From assembly GCF_044792175.1 (NCBI RefSeq), contig NZ_CP172866.1: a DNA stretch of 64,000 nucleotides, one strand, 5' to 3'. The position numbers and the translations under genes are program-made. Shown here one piece after another: positions 9,251-20,510 of the stretch. The first letter of the stretch is position 1; each line of letters opens with the position of its first letter. The notes below the pieces were generated by a model that was given only the letters and a program-made list of their open reading frames with translations, ran no database searches and was not told the origin of the DNA. This DNA is from Corallococcus coralloides (lineage in GTDB: Bacteria; Myxococcota; Myxococcia; Myxococcales; Myxococcaceae).

Positions 9251-9775
9251 ATGGCGTTCCACTACTCGCGCCGAAAGCTGAAGCCGAGGGAAGAGGAGGA
9301 GGCGGGCGAGCTGAACATCGTCCCGTACCTCGACATCCTCATGAACCTCATCATCTTCATGCTGCTGTCGATCACCGGCCTCACCGCCTTCGGCGCGCTC
9401 AACGTGAACGCGCCCAGCTACGGCGCCACCGCGGGGGCGGGCGGTGACGCGGACGCGCCCAAGCTGAACCTGTCCGTGCTCATCTCCCAGAAGGGGCTCA
9501 CCGTCCGGGGCAACAGCGAGGTCATCCCCGTCACGCAAGGGGGCGCGCCCACGCTGCCCCTGCGCGCGGACGGCACGCAGGACTTCGCCGCGCTCAACGC
9601 CCAGATGGTGAAGCTCAAGGCCGCCTTCCCCACGGAGACGAAGGTCATCGTCGCGGCGGAGGGGAACGTCCCCTACGAGTCGCTGATCCAGACGATGGAC
9701 GCCCTGCGTGAGACGACGGGCACCGCCGCCGAGCGCAAGCTGCTCTTCCCCGACGTCACCCTGGGCGCCCTCTAG
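9251..9775 (+). CDS. ExbD/TolR family biopolymer transport protein (1 of 2)
   Basis: ELNIVPYLDILMNLIIFMLL TM with a conserved Asp, and a periplasmic C-terminal domain. Confidence 0.85.
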   Translation: MAFHYSRRKLKPREEEEAGELNIVPYLDILMNLIIFMLLSITGLTAFGALNVNAPSYGATAGAGGDADAPKLNLSVLISQKGLTVRGNSEVIPVTQGGAPTLPLRADGTQDFAALNAQMVKLKAAFPTETKVIVAAEGNVPYESLIQTMDALRETTGTAAERKLLFPDVTLGAL

Positions 9776-9777
9776 CC

Positions 9778-10368
9778 ATGTCCGAACCCGCGCCCCTGTC
9801 CGCCGAGGAAGCCGACCAGCTCGCGCGCATGCGCTACCGCCGGGCGCTCGCGCGCAAGAAGCGCAAGGAGCGCGAGGCCGCCAGCGAGGTGAAGGAGCTC
9901 AACATCACCGCGATGATGGACATGATGACCATCATCCTGGTGTTCCTCCTGAAGTCCTTCGCGTCGTCCTCCGCGGCCATCACCGCGTCCGAGGATGTCC
10001 GGCCGCCGGTGTCCTCCACGCGCGCCACGCCCAAGGACACGGTGGCCGTCACCATCACCCCCCGCTTCATCCTGGTGGGGGACAAAGAGGTGGTGCGGCT
10101 GGAGAACGGCGTCATCCCGAAGGAGCAGCGCTCGGGGGACCCGCGGCAGGGGCGCCTGGTGCTGGGGTTGGATCAGCGTCTGAAGAAGGAAGTGGAGAAG
10201 CTCAAGCTGATCGCCGCGCGCAACCCGGCGGCGCCCTTCACGCACGAGCTGTCGGTCATCGCGGACAAGATGGTCCCGTATGATCTGCTGCTCGACGTGC
10301 TCTACACGGCGGGCGAGAACGAGCTGCAGAACTACCGCTTCATCGTGCTCCAGCGCGACGCGGAGTAG
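9778..10368 (+). CDS. ExbD/TolR family biopolymer transport protein (2 of 2)
   Basis: ELNITAMMDMMTIILVFLL TM with a conserved Asp. It starts 3 nt after the previous stop. Confidence 0.85.
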   Translation: MSEPAPLSAEEADQLARMRYRRALARKKRKEREAASEVKELNITAMMDMMTIILVFLLKSFASSSAAITASEDVRPPVSSTRATPKDTVAVTITPRFILVGDKEVVRLENGVIPKEQRSGDPRQGRLVLGLDQRLKKEVEKLKLIAARNPAAPFTHELSVIADKMVPYDLLLDVLYTAGENELQNYRFIVLQRDAE

Positions 10369-10429
10369 CCGCCGGACACACGACTCCCCCGCGCGGGATG
10401 GACGCACGGGGGAGGGCTGGACGGCTTCG

Positions 10430-10822
10430 CTAGAGGGACAGGCTGCCCACGTGGCGCGCGGCCTCTCGCGTCTCCTGCTCGTGCACGGCGGCGTCCTCTT
10501 CACAGCGGATGGCGAAGGGCATGGCCTCCAGCCGGTCCAGGGAGATCTCGTTGCCGCAGTCCACGCACTCACCGAACACGTCGTTGTCCATGCGGCTCAG
10601 CGCGGCGTCGATGAGCATGATCTCCCGGCGCTGCGCTTCAATCAGCGTGCTGAGCGTGTAGTCCGCCAGCTCCGCCTGCGCCTGCTCCTCGTACTCGGGA
10701 TCACGCTCCTGATCCTTCAGGGCGGCCAGCTCGCGGCGTGCGCCCGCCTGGGCGGTCTCGGTCGTCCTGCGGCGCTCCTGCAACAGGCCCCGGATCTTCA
10801 ACAAGTCGTCGGCTCGGCTCAT
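10430..10822 (-). CDS. DksA/TraR family C4-type zinc-finger transcription factor
   Basis: A coiled-coil N-terminus plus CVDCGNEISLDRLEAMPFAIRC (a C4 finger). Confidence 0.75.
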   Translation of the reverse strand: MSRADDLLKIRGLLQERRRTTETAQAGARRELAALKDQERDPEYEEQAQAELADYTLSTLIEAQRREIMLIDAALSRMDNDVFGECVDCGNEISLDRLEAMPFAIRCEEDAAVHEQETREAARHVGSLSL

Positions 10823-11050
10823 GGCTGCGTCACTCCCATCCCAGATTCGCGGTTGAAGGGCGCTCGCCCGGACGCTTCCCGTCCCGAGCGAAGACCGCGA
10901 GAAACCTAGGGTTGGATCCGAGGTGGGGAAACCTCACCTCCCATTCCGCACGAATGGCGGGACGCAGGGCAGGCGGGCGGACGTGAAAGGGCGTGGCCTC
11001 TCTGCTAACAGGGCCCTTTGGGGCCCCGGTGCGGGGGCCCGGAGGCACGC

Positions 11051-12415
11051 ATGTCGGACGTGAAGCAGCAGCGGGTGACGGTGATTGGCGGGGGCCTGGC
11101 GGGGACGGAGTGCGCGTATCAACTGGCGCGGCGCGGCGTGCCGGTGGTGCTGCGGGAGATGAAGCCGCACAAGCGCTCTCCGGCGCACAAGTCGGACACG
11201 CTCGCGGAGCTGGTGTGCAGCAACTCGCTGCGCTCGGACAACCCGGAGAGCGCCATTGGCCTCCTGCACGCGGAGCTGCGCGCGCTGGGGTCGCTGGTGC
11301 TCTCCAGCGCGGACCTGCACCGCGTGCCCGCGGGCGACGCGCTGGCGGTGGAGCGCGAGGGCTTCTCGCGCGAAATCACCACCCGGCTCGTCTCCGGCGC
11401 GGGCGTGGAGCTGGTGGGCGGTGAGGTGGAGCGGCTGCCGGAGGACGGCGTGGTGGTGGTGGCCACGGGGCCGCTGACGTCGGAGGCGCTCACGGCGGAC
11501 CTGGAGCGCCACGTGGGCACGAAGCTCTACTTCTACGACTCCATCGCGCCCATCCTGTCCGGTGACTCCATCGACATGGACATCGCCTTCCGCCAGAGCC
11601 GCTACGGCAAGGGCGGCGGGGACGACTACCTCAACCTGCCCATGACGAAGGACGAGTACTACCGCTTCGTCCACGAGGTGAAGGCGGGCCAGAAGGTGGT
11701 GCCGCACAGCTTCGAGGAACCGAAATACTTCGAAGGGTGTCTGCCCATCGAGGTGATGGCCGAGCGCGGCGACGACACGCTGGCCTACGGGCCCATGAAG
11801 CCCGTGGGGCTGAAGGACCCCCGGACGGGGACGGATCCGTACGCGGTGGTGCAGTTGCGCATGGAGGACCGGGCGGGCACGGCGTGGAACATGGTGGGCT
11901 TCCAGACGCGTCTGACCTGGGGTGAACAGAAGCGCATCTTCAGCACGTGCATCCCGGGCCTCCAGAATGCGGAGTTCCTGCGGATGGGGCAGATCCACCG
12001 CAACACGTTCATCGACTCGCCCCGCCTGCTGGCGGAGGACCTGTCGTTGAAGACGGAGCGGCGGGTGTTCTTCGCGGGACAGGTGACGGGCGTGGAGGGC
12101 TACGTGGAGAGCGCGGCGTGCGGCTACCTGGTGGCGCTGGCGGTGCACGCGCGGCTGACGGGCACGGCGTTCGTGCCGCCCCCGGCCACGACGGCGCTGG
12201 GGTCGCTGTACCGGCACCTCACCGGGGAAGCGCACCCGCCGGACCACCCGCACCAGCCCACGAACGTCATCTACGGCCTGTTCCCGCCGCTGTCCGGGCG
12301 GATGAAGAAGGCGGACAAGCGCGCGGCCTACTCGGCGCGGGCGAAGCAGGACCTGGCGGCCTGGCTGCCACTCGCGGGCGTTGTCGCCCAGACGGAAGGA
12401 CAGACGAGCGCATGA
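11051..12415 (+). CDS. trmFO: Methylenetetrahydrofolate--tRNA-(uracil54-C5)-methyltransferase TrmFO (Gid)
   Basis: [33 protein letters not shown]...[18 protein letters not shown]... The track ORF was trimmed to MSDVKQQ. Confidence 0.9.
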   Translation: MSDVKQQRVTVIGGGLAGTECAYQLARRGVPVVLREMKPHKRSPAHKSDTLAELVCSNSLRSDNPESAIGLLHAELRALGSLVLSSADLHRVPAGDALAVEREGFSREITTRLVSGAGVELVGGEVERLPEDGVVVVATGPLTSEALTADLERHVGTKLYFYDSIAPILSGDSIDMDIAFRQSRYGKGGGDDYLNLPMTKDEYYRFVHEVKAGQKVVPHSFEEPKYFEGCLPIEVMAERGDDTLAYGPMKPVGLKDPRTGTDPYAVVQLRMEDRAGTAWNMVGFQTRLTWGEQKRIFSTCIPGLQNAEFLRMGQIHRNTFIDSPRLLAEDLSLKTERRVFFAGQVTGVEGYVESAACGYLVALAVHARLTGTAFVPPPATTALGSLYRHLTGEAHPPDHPHQPTNVIYGLFPPLSGRMKKADKRAAYSARAKQDLAAWLPLAGVVAQTEGQTSA

Positions 12416-14031
12416 AGCGAACCGGGATGGTGGGCCTGGTGGCCCTGCTGGCGGTGTCGGGGTGCAAGAAGGGCGAGGACAACGCCGCGCCCTCGCAGCG
12501 CAGCGCCGCGCAGGGGGACACGGTCCGCAGCGCGGCGAAGGGCACCACGGTGGTGGGCGGTCAGGGGCAGTTGCTCGCGGCGGGACGGGCGGCGGACCTG
12601 CGCCTGTCGCCGGACGGGCAGTTCGCCACGTTCCTGCTCAACGGGCAGAAGCCCCGGCTGGACGGCATCCCGCCGCAGATGCTGGTGGGCTCGCTGCACG
12701 TCGTGCCGACGGCGGGCGGGAAGGCGCGCGCGCTGGGCGACGGCGTGACGAACGTGCCGGGCAGCCTGCTGTTCTCCCAGGACTCGAAGCACCTCTTGTA
12801 CGTGACGGGCTACAACCCGGCCTCGCAGTCCGGCGAGCTGAACGTGCTGTCGCTCACGGACGCGGGCGCGGAGCCGGTGAAGCTGGGCACGGCGGTGAGC
12901 TACCTGCTGCCGTCTCCGGACGGGGTGAACGTGGCCTTCGTGGACGCGGGCACGCTGAAGCTGGGCAAGCTGCCGCAGGGGCCGTTCCAGGACGTGGCGG
13001 GCGAGGTGAGCACCGCGCAGTTCACCCCGGACGGCAAGACGCTGCTCTTCAAGCGCCGGCTGTCCGCCGCGGGCGGGCTGGCGGCGGTGACGGTGGGCGC
13101 CACGGAGGCGCCGCGCAAGCTGGCGGATCAGGTGGGCGACTACCAGGTGTCCTCCGACGGCAAGCACGTGGCCTACCAGGTGCGCAGCGAGGCCGTGCGA
13201 GGCATGTATGACCTGTACCTCGCGGCCCTGCCGGCGCTGAAGGGCACGAAGCTGGCCACGGGCACGAAGACGTTCGGCTTCTCGCCGGATGGCCAGTGGC
13301 TGGCGCGCACGGAGAACGGCAAGCCGGAGCAGTTGGGCGACCTGTACGTGGGCCCGGCGTCCGGCGGCGCGGGGCGCAAGCTGGGCGAGGCCGTGGAGGA
13401 GCTGGCGTTCGCGCCGGACTCCAAGGCGGTGGGCTTCCTGGAGAAGTACGACCAGCCGTCGCGCGCGGGCGGGCTCGCCGTGGCGTCGCTGCCGGACGGC
13501 GCGCCCAAGCGGGTGGGGGACCGGGTGCCCAACTTCGTGTGGGGCTCGGACAGCCGCTACGTGGCGTTCCTGTCGCGCTTCCTGAAGCCGGTGTTCTCCG
13601 TGGACCTGATGCTGTACGCGCTGGGGGAGGAGAAGGCGGAGAAGGTGCAGCCGGGGGTGTTCGGCTACGGCTTCGCGCCGAACAACAGCGCGGTGGTGTT
13701 CCGCACCAACTGCATCCGCAACGGCCGCGCGTGCGACTTCAAGGCCGTGGACCTGAACGCGAAGCCGGCCGAGGCGAAGACGTGGCTGCAGGGCATCTTC
13801 AGCTACAAGATCTCCGAGGACGGCGCCCGCGTGCTCGCGACGTACGCGCGCATGGACTCGGACACGTACGACGTGGCGGTCTACGACGTGAAGTCGGGGG
13901 CGCGGAAGACGCTCGACCAGGGCGTGCAGGTGCCCGTGTACTTCGCGGGCAAGGATGACGCGCGGGCCGTCTACATCATCGGCCAGGGGCAGAACCCCGG
14001 CGTGTACAGCGCCGTCGCCACCGCGCAGTAG
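12412..14031 (+). CDS. TolB-like (PD40/WD40-like beta-propeller) lipoprotein
   Basis: [20 protein letters not shown] lipobox, with repeated SPDG/TPDG/SSDGK/APDS propeller motifs. Its start codon overlaps the trmFO stop (ATGA). The real gene is the 3' part of the 11947..14031 track ORF. Confidence 0.7.
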   Translation: MKRTGMVGLVALLAVSGCKKGEDNAAPSQRSAAQGDTVRSAAKGTTVVGGQGQLLAAGRAADLRLSPDGQFATFLLNGQKPRLDGIPPQMLVGSLHVVPTAGGKARALGDGVTNVPGSLLFSQDSKHLLYVTGYNPASQSGELNVLSLTDAGAEPVKLGTAVSYLLPSPDGVNVAFVDAGTLKLGKLPQGPFQDVAGEVSTAQFTPDGKTLLFKRRLSAAGGLAAVTVGATEAPRKLADQVGDYQVSSDGKHVAYQVRSEAVRGMYDLYLAALPALKGTKLATGTKTFGFSPDGQWLARTENGKPEQLGDLYVGPASGGAGRKLGEAVEELAFAPDSKAVGFLEKYDQPSRAGGLAVASLPDGAPKRVGDRVPNFVWGSDSRYVAFLSRFLKPVFSVDLMLYALGEEKAEKVQPGVFGYGFAPNNSAVVFRTNCIRNGRACDFKAVDLNAKPAEAKTWLQGIFSYKISEDGARVLATYARMDSDTYDVAVYDVKSGARKTLDQGVQVPVYFAGKDDARAVYIIGQGQNPGVYSAVATAQ

Positions 14032-14052
14032 CGGGTGGCCCTGGTGAAGGGG

Positions 14053-14072
14053 GGAGGGCGCACCGGCCCTCC
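14053..14072. terminator. Hairpin GGAGGGC-GCACCG-GCCCTCC between convergent genes
   Basis: An inverted repeat seen in the 47-bp gap between the lipoprotein stop (14031) and the stop of the minus-strand hypothetical gene (14079). Confidence 0.35.
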
Positions 14073-14078
14073 TCCCGC

Positions 14079-15581
14079 CTATTCGTACATCAGACACACC
14101 TCACACCAACCATCGGAGGTGTTGCGCGGAGGCCAGTCCGTCACCGGCTTGCCTTCGTGGCGGGCCAGATGGTGCCTGAGGTGGTTGTCTACGGCCTGGG
14201 AGGCCTTTCCTTCCAGGCGCATCTCCAGCAAGAGGGAGAGGTCTTCATCCGTTCCTCTCCGGGAGAGCGCGTCGACCGCGTCACTCCTCCCGACTCCGTG
14301 CTGTGACTCCAACCCTTCCCGCTGGCCTTGCTGAACGAGCCCTGCGAGCGCGAGGCCGCGGACGCTGGGGTTCTCCGAGTGCGACAGGGAATGGAGTCGA
14401 TCCACCCATCCCGGCCCGCTTTCGCCCAGCGAAAGCAACGCGGACACCGCCAGAAACTGCATCCTCTCATCCGATTCGCGGAGCGCCGCCAGGAGCACGG
14501 GACGGTCCTCGGCCACTGGAGCGCGGGCCACGACGTTCATGAGGATTTGACGGAGAAGATCCGCATTGTCTGGGTATCGCCACGCGACGAGCCCCCAACG
14601 CGCGGCGGCGGCCGGATCCTTCTCTCGAAGCTGTTTGTACAGATCGAACCGAACGTCCGCAGCCATGTCGAAGTCACAGAGGCGCCGGTACAACACGCGC
14701 CGCCGGGCAACCTCCCACTCCCCCAGCAACTCCACGGCCCGCGCGAAGAACGTGGGGCGCGCCACGAGTTGATGCGGCACGGTGCACGCGACATTCGCTG
14801 CCTGCACGACACGGTCCAGACGGCGTAGCAGTTCCTCCTCTCCCCAATGCGCCAGAAGCGCATCGAGGGGGAGCAGGAGTCGCCTCGCGGCAAAATCATG
14901 GAAGGCCTTGGAGGCGTTCGCGAGCCGTACCACGTCCTCGTGGTGGCGGCCCTTCAGGCGCTCCATCCGAGCTTCGCTCAGCCGCTCGCTCCATTCACGC
15001 AGCAGCCGCCAGGCGGCCGGGCGCGCACGCTGGACGAACGCCACGGTGACGTTGCACTCCTCGCCCTCGGAGAGGCCCTCATCCTGCGCCACCAGCAGGT
15101 GGCGGTCGCACTGGTACCACTGCTCGAAGAGCCACGCGTCCAACTCCGGAGGCTGCGGGACATGACACGGGTCACGGAGGTGACGGCTCCGCTCCAGGGG
15201 CGTCAGGCGGAGCAATGCCTCCTTCATGACGTCATCGAAGGACTCGAGCCTCGCGTAGTCGAAAAGCACGAGCAGGTCCGGGGCCAACGCCTCCCCCTGG
15301 CCGGGGCTTCCGCTGAGCTGGACGAACTCCTGCCCGGAGAGCGTCAGGCCGAACCTTGTCGCCACTCGCAGCGCGTTGACACGGATGCGATAGGGCTCGA
15401 GCGGGTCGAAGATCCACTTCCGGAGGAGGGGGAGCTGCTCACCGCTCCCGAAGATGTCGAGCAACGAGAGGCCGCGAAACCTCAAGTCGACGGACTCCCG
15501 GGGCGCTTCCCTCAGGAGGGCAACCAACTGCGCGGCGATGCGCTCGCGCGAGGACCACACCAGCCGGGGCTGCAGGGACAA
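14079..15581 (-). CDS. Hypothetical protein (alpha-helical, possibly HEAT/ARM-like repeats)
   Basis: A 500-aa ORF with a diverse, non-low-complexity composition (MSLQPRLVWSSRERIAAQLVALLREAPRES...CEVCLMYE). I recognise no family. Confidence 0.55.
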   Translation of the reverse strand: MSLQPRLVWSSRERIAAQLVALLREAPRESVDLRFRGLSLLDIFGSGEQLPLLRKWIFDPLEPYRIRVNALRVATRFGLTLSGQEFVQLSGSPGQGEALAPDLLVLFDYARLESFDDVMKEALLRLTPLERSRHLRDPCHVPQPPELDAWLFEQWYQCDRHLLVAQDEGLSEGEECNVTVAFVQRARPAAWRLLREWSERLSEARMERLKGRHHEDVVRLANASKAFHDFAARRLLLPLDALLAHWGEEELLRRLDRVVQAANVACTVPHQLVARPTFFARAVELLGEWEVARRRVLYRRLCDFDMAADVRFDLYKQLREKDPAAAARWGLVAWRYPDNADLLRQILMNVVARAPVAEDRPVLLAALRESDERMQFLAVSALLSLGESGPGWVDRLHSLSHSENPSVRGLALAGLVQQGQREGLESQHGVGRSDAVDALSRRGTDEDLSLLLEMRLEGKASQAVDNHLRHHLARHEGKPVTDWPPRNTSDGWCEVCLMYE

Positions 15582-15723
15582 TTCAAACGCCGAGTTGGGA
15601 CCGGCTGGCGAGACCGACCGCGAACGCGCGGGATGTGCCCCATGAATCTAGTGAAGGCATCCGCCCCGGGCAATCCAGAGTCCACTCGGACCTTTCTTCC
15701 CGGGCGCGACCTGATGTTGAGGC

Positions 15724-18030
15724 GTGCACACCCGCACGGGGTGTGCTGTCTTCTCGCGCCGAATGGCACAGCTCGTCTATCGCCGCTATGGCGGCTCGCT
15801 CCAGGTCGACATCCCTGACTTCAACACCCTCACCGAGGCGGTGAGGATCCCCGCGACCCAGTGGATGGCGCTCGCGTGCCCCATGGAGGGCATCGCGTGT
15901 GATCCGCGCTTCCTCACGCTGATGGACGCGGACGGCAACCGCCGCATCCGCGTGGAGGAGCTGCGCGCGGCGGTGGACTGGACGGCGGCGCGGCTGCAGG
16001 ACCGCAAGGGCGCGGACGCGGGCAGCGACGTGCTGGAGCTGTCGGCGCTCTCCGAGACGGCCTCCAACCTCAGGGGCGCGGCGGAGCTGGTGCTGCGCAC
16101 GCTCAACGCGCCGGACACCACGAAGCTGTCGCTGGAGCAGCTTCGCACCAGTGACAAGGCGCTGCGCGACGCGGGCAAGAACGGCGACGGCATCATCGCC
16201 CCGGCGTCGCTGCCGGAGCGGCTGCGGCCCCTGGCGCAGTCCATCATCGCGGCCTTCCCGCAGGTGACGAACCGCGCGGGCCTGGCGGGCGTGGACGTGG
16301 GCCTGGTGAAGCGCTTCCGCGAGGAGCGCGCGGCCCTGCTCGCGCACCTGGGCGGCAGGGACGGCGTGTTCACCTGGGGCGCGGCGAGCCTGGACCAGGC
16401 GAAGCGCGTGCACGACGTGGCGCCGCTCCTGGACGGCTACTTCGTGCAGTGCCGGCTGGTGGCCGCGCAGCCGGAGGCCGCCGCCAGCCTGCGCCTGCGC
16501 GCGGACCGGGTGGAGGGCGCGCTGGGGGACCTGGGCGCCATGGGGAAGGCCGCGAACGAGCTGCCCATCGCGCCGCCGGACCCGAGCGGCGTGCTGGTGT
16601 GGGCGCGGCTGTACCGCGGCGCCGGCTACGAGAAGCTGGAGGCCTTCCACCAGGAGGTGGCGACGCCGCTGCTGGGCGACGGCGTGAAGCTGACGGACAC
16701 GGCCTGGCGCGAGCTGTCCGCGAAGGCGGAAGCCATCCTCGGCTGGCAGGCGAAGCGGGACGCAAGCCCGCTGCACGCGGTGGCGGACACGCTGGGCGCC
16801 GTGTCGGACGAGGAGCTGGACGCGCTGGAGGCGGTGAGCCGCGAGGACCTGTCGCTCAAGCCCACGCTGGACGTCATCGCGGAGCTGGAGCGGCTGGTGC
16901 TGTACCAGCGCTGGCTGCTGCAGTTCGCCAACAACTTCATCAGCATGCCCAACCTGTACCTGCCCAAGCGGCGGGCGCTGATGGAGCGGGGCTCGCTCAT
17001 CATGGCGGGGCGCAAGTACACGCTGTCCGTGCTGGTGACGGACCGCGCGGCGCACGCGGCGCTGACGGGGCAGGGGACCACCTGCATCCTCTACGTGAAG
17101 GTGCTGCCCCGCGACGCGGCGGACGCCTACGAGGTGGCGGTGCCCGTCACCGCCGGCCGCAGCACGGAGCTCGTCGTGGGCAAGCGCGGCGTGTTCTACG
17201 ACGTGGACGGCAAGGAGAGCGACGCCATCGTCACGCAGGTCATCCGCCAGCCCGTGTCGCTCTGGGAGTCGATGACCATGCCGTTCATGCGCATCGGCGC
17301 GTTCATCACCAGCAAGGTGGAGGGGCTGGCCGCGTCCGGTGAGAAGGACTTCGATGCGTCGCTGGAGTCCGGCTACAAGCAGACGGTGACCGCGCCTCCG
17401 CCCCCGGCGGCGCCGGCCCCGGCGGGTGCGGCGCCCGCAGCGGCTCCGGCGGGGGGCGGCATCGCGGGCGTGCTCGCGGCGGGCGGCATCGCGTTCGCGG
17501 CGCTGGGCTCGTCGCTGGCGTTCATCCTCACGCAGGTGAAGTCGCTCACGCTGGTGGACGTCATCACCGCGGCGACCATCCTCGCCATCGTGGTGATGGC
17601 GCCCGCGGGGCTGCTGGGGTGGTTGAAGCTGCGGCGGCGCAACCTGGCGCTGCTGCTGGAGGGCTCCGGCTGGGCGCTCAACGACCGGCTGATGCTCACG
17701 CGCGGCGTGGCGACGCTCATCACCCGCAGGCCCCGGATGCCGGGCAACGCGCGCGTGGACCACGCGGACCTGGTGCGCGGGGCGCTGCGCCACACGCAGG
17801 GCGACGACGAGTCCGAGAGCATGTCGTTCGGCGCCCGCCTGGGGCTCACGCTGCTCATCCTCTTCGTGCTGGGCTGGCAGGTGCGCGTGCCCGTCACCGA
17901 GTGGCTGTGCACGTACCACTGGCTGTCCGAGGACGCCTGCCGCGTGCTGTTGCCCAAGCTGGTGCCGTCTGAGTTGCCGGGCGCGCCCGCGCCTTCTGGG
18001 GCGGCGCCCGCTCCGGCGCCCGCGAAGTAG
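15724..18030 (+). CDS. Hypothetical large protein (~755-768 aa). It has a soluble N-terminal region, a Pro/Ala-rich linker and C-terminal TM helices.
   Basis: Non-repetitive sequence. Features include PPPPAAPAPAGAAPAAAPAGGG, then IAGVLAAGGIAFAALGSSLAFILTQV and VITAATILAIVVMAPAGLLGWL TMs, and a second TM pair near the C-terminus. The start may be ATG 15763 (MAQLVYRRYGG). Confidence 0.55.
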   Translation: MHTRTGCAVFSRRMAQLVYRRYGGSLQVDIPDFNTLTEAVRIPATQWMALACPMEGIACDPRFLTLMDADGNRRIRVEELRAAVDWTAARLQDRKGADAGSDVLELSALSETASNLRGAAELVLRTLNAPDTTKLSLEQLRTSDKALRDAGKNGDGIIAPASLPERLRPLAQSIIAAFPQVTNRAGLAGVDVGLVKRFREERAALLAHLGGRDGVFTWGAASLDQAKRVHDVAPLLDGYFVQCRLVAAQPEAAASLRLRADRVEGALGDLGAMGKAANELPIAPPDPSGVLVWARLYRGAGYEKLEAFHQEVATPLLGDGVKLTDTAWRELSAKAEAILGWQAKRDASPLHAVADTLGAVSDEELDALEAVSREDLSLKPTLDVIAELERLVLYQRWLLQFANNFISMPNLYLPKRRALMERGSLIMAGRKYTLSVLVTDRAAHAALTGQGTTCILYVKVLPRDAADAYEVAVPVTAGRSTELVVGKRGVFYDVDGKESDAIVTQVIRQPVSLWESMTMPFMRIGAFITSKVEGLAASGEKDFDASLESGYKQTVTAPPPPAAPAPAGAAPAAAPAGGGIAGVLAAGGIAFAALGSSLAFILTQVKSLTLVDVITAATILAIVVMAPAGLLGWLKLRRRNLALLLEGSGWALNDRLMLTRGVATLITRRPRMPGNARVDHADLVRGALRHTQGDDESESMSFGARLGLTLLILFVLGWQVRVPVTEWLCTYHWLSEDACRVLLPKLVPSELPGAPAPSGAAPAPAPAK

Positions 18031-18045
18031 GAAAGGGGGACGGGA

Positions 18046-18435
18046 ATGGCCAGGCGCAACGGCGAAGTCGACCAGTTCATGGCGGAGCTCGAGCACCCGC
18101 TGAAGGCGGAGATCCAAGCCGTGCGCGCGGCCATCCTGGACTCGGACGACAGCATCGCCGAGCGCATCAAGTGGAAGGCCCCCAGCTTCGTGCACTCGGG
18201 GGATGACCGCGTGACGTTCCGCCTGGCCCCCAAGGGCATCTTCCAGGTCATCCTCCACCGGGGCGCGAAGGTGAAGGACGCGAAGGGCTTCGCCTTCGAG
18301 GACGACTCCGGACTGGTGGAGTGGCTGGCGAAGGACCGGGGCGTCGTGACGCTGCCGGACGCGAAGACGGTGAAGGCGAGGAAGGCGGCCCTGATCAAGC
18401 TCGTGGGCCGCTGGATGAAGGCGACCGCGACCTGA
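18046..18435 (+). CDS. DUF1801 (YdhG-like) domain protein
   Basis: MARRNGEVDQFMAELEHPLKAEIQAVRAAILDSDDSIAERIKWKAPSF... An AAGGGGGA Shine-Dalgarno lies upstream. Confidence 0.7.
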   Translation: MARRNGEVDQFMAELEHPLKAEIQAVRAAILDSDDSIAERIKWKAPSFVHSGDDRVTFRLAPKGIFQVILHRGAKVKDAKGFAFEDDSGLVEWLAKDRGVVTLPDAKTVKARKAALIKLVGRWMKATAT

Positions 18436-18514
18436 GCGCCCCCCAGGGTGAGGGAGCGGACAGCCGGGCGGTTTTTGTGGGTCGCGGCCGGGCGGTCTTG
18501 TTAAACCCCCTCTC

Positions 18515-19042
18515 ATGTTCCACGGCACCACCATCCTCTGTGTTCGCCGCGACGGGAAGGTCGTCATCGCGGGCGACGGCCAGGTCAGCCTCGACAAGAC
18601 CATCATGAAGAACACCGCGCGCAAGGTGCGCAAGCTCGGCGAGGGCCAGGTGCTCGCCGGCTTCGCGGGCAGCACCGCGGACGCCTTCACGCTCTTCGAG
18701 CGCTTCGAGGCCAAGCTCAAGGAGCACCAGAAGAACCTGGCCCGCGCCTGCGTGGAGCTGGGCAAGGACTGGCGCACCGACCGCTTCCTCCGCCGCCTGG
18801 AGGCGCTGCTCATCGTCGCGGACAAGGAGAAGACCTTCATCCTGTCCGGCGCGGGCGACGTGATTGAACCGGACCACGGCATCGCCGCCGTGGGCAGCGG
18901 GGGCCATTACGCCCTGGCCGCCGCGCGCGCCCTCCAGGCGCACTCCAACCTGTCCGCCCGCGACATCTGCACGCAGGCCATGGCCATCGCCGCGGACATC
19001 TGCGTCTACACCAACGCCAACGTCTCCTACGAAGAGCTCTGA
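18515..19042 (+). CDS. hslV: ATP-dependent protease subunit HslV
   Basis: [26 protein letters not shown]...[23 protein letters not shown]...[14 protein letters not shown]. Confidence 0.95.
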   Translation: MFHGTTILCVRRDGKVVIAGDGQVSLDKTIMKNTARKVRKLGEGQVLAGFAGSTADAFTLFERFEAKLKEHQKNLARACVELGKDWRTDRFLRRLEALLIVADKEKTFILSGAGDVIEPDHGIAAVGSGGHYALAAARALQAHSNLSARDICTQAMAIAADICVYTNANVSYEEL

Positions 19043-19054
19043 GAGGACCGCCCC

Positions 19055-20452
<1,398 letters not shown>

Positions 20453-20510
20453 CGCGCTAGGGTCCGCGCGTCGTCACACCGCGTCATCAGGAAGAGAGAG
20501 GTACACCTCC

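Noticed and set aside
15583-18882. 1099-aa minus-strand ORF
   Set aside because: It is antisense to the 15724..18030 protein and the DUF1801 gene. Its product is RHQ-rich low complexity with no TM or signal logic.
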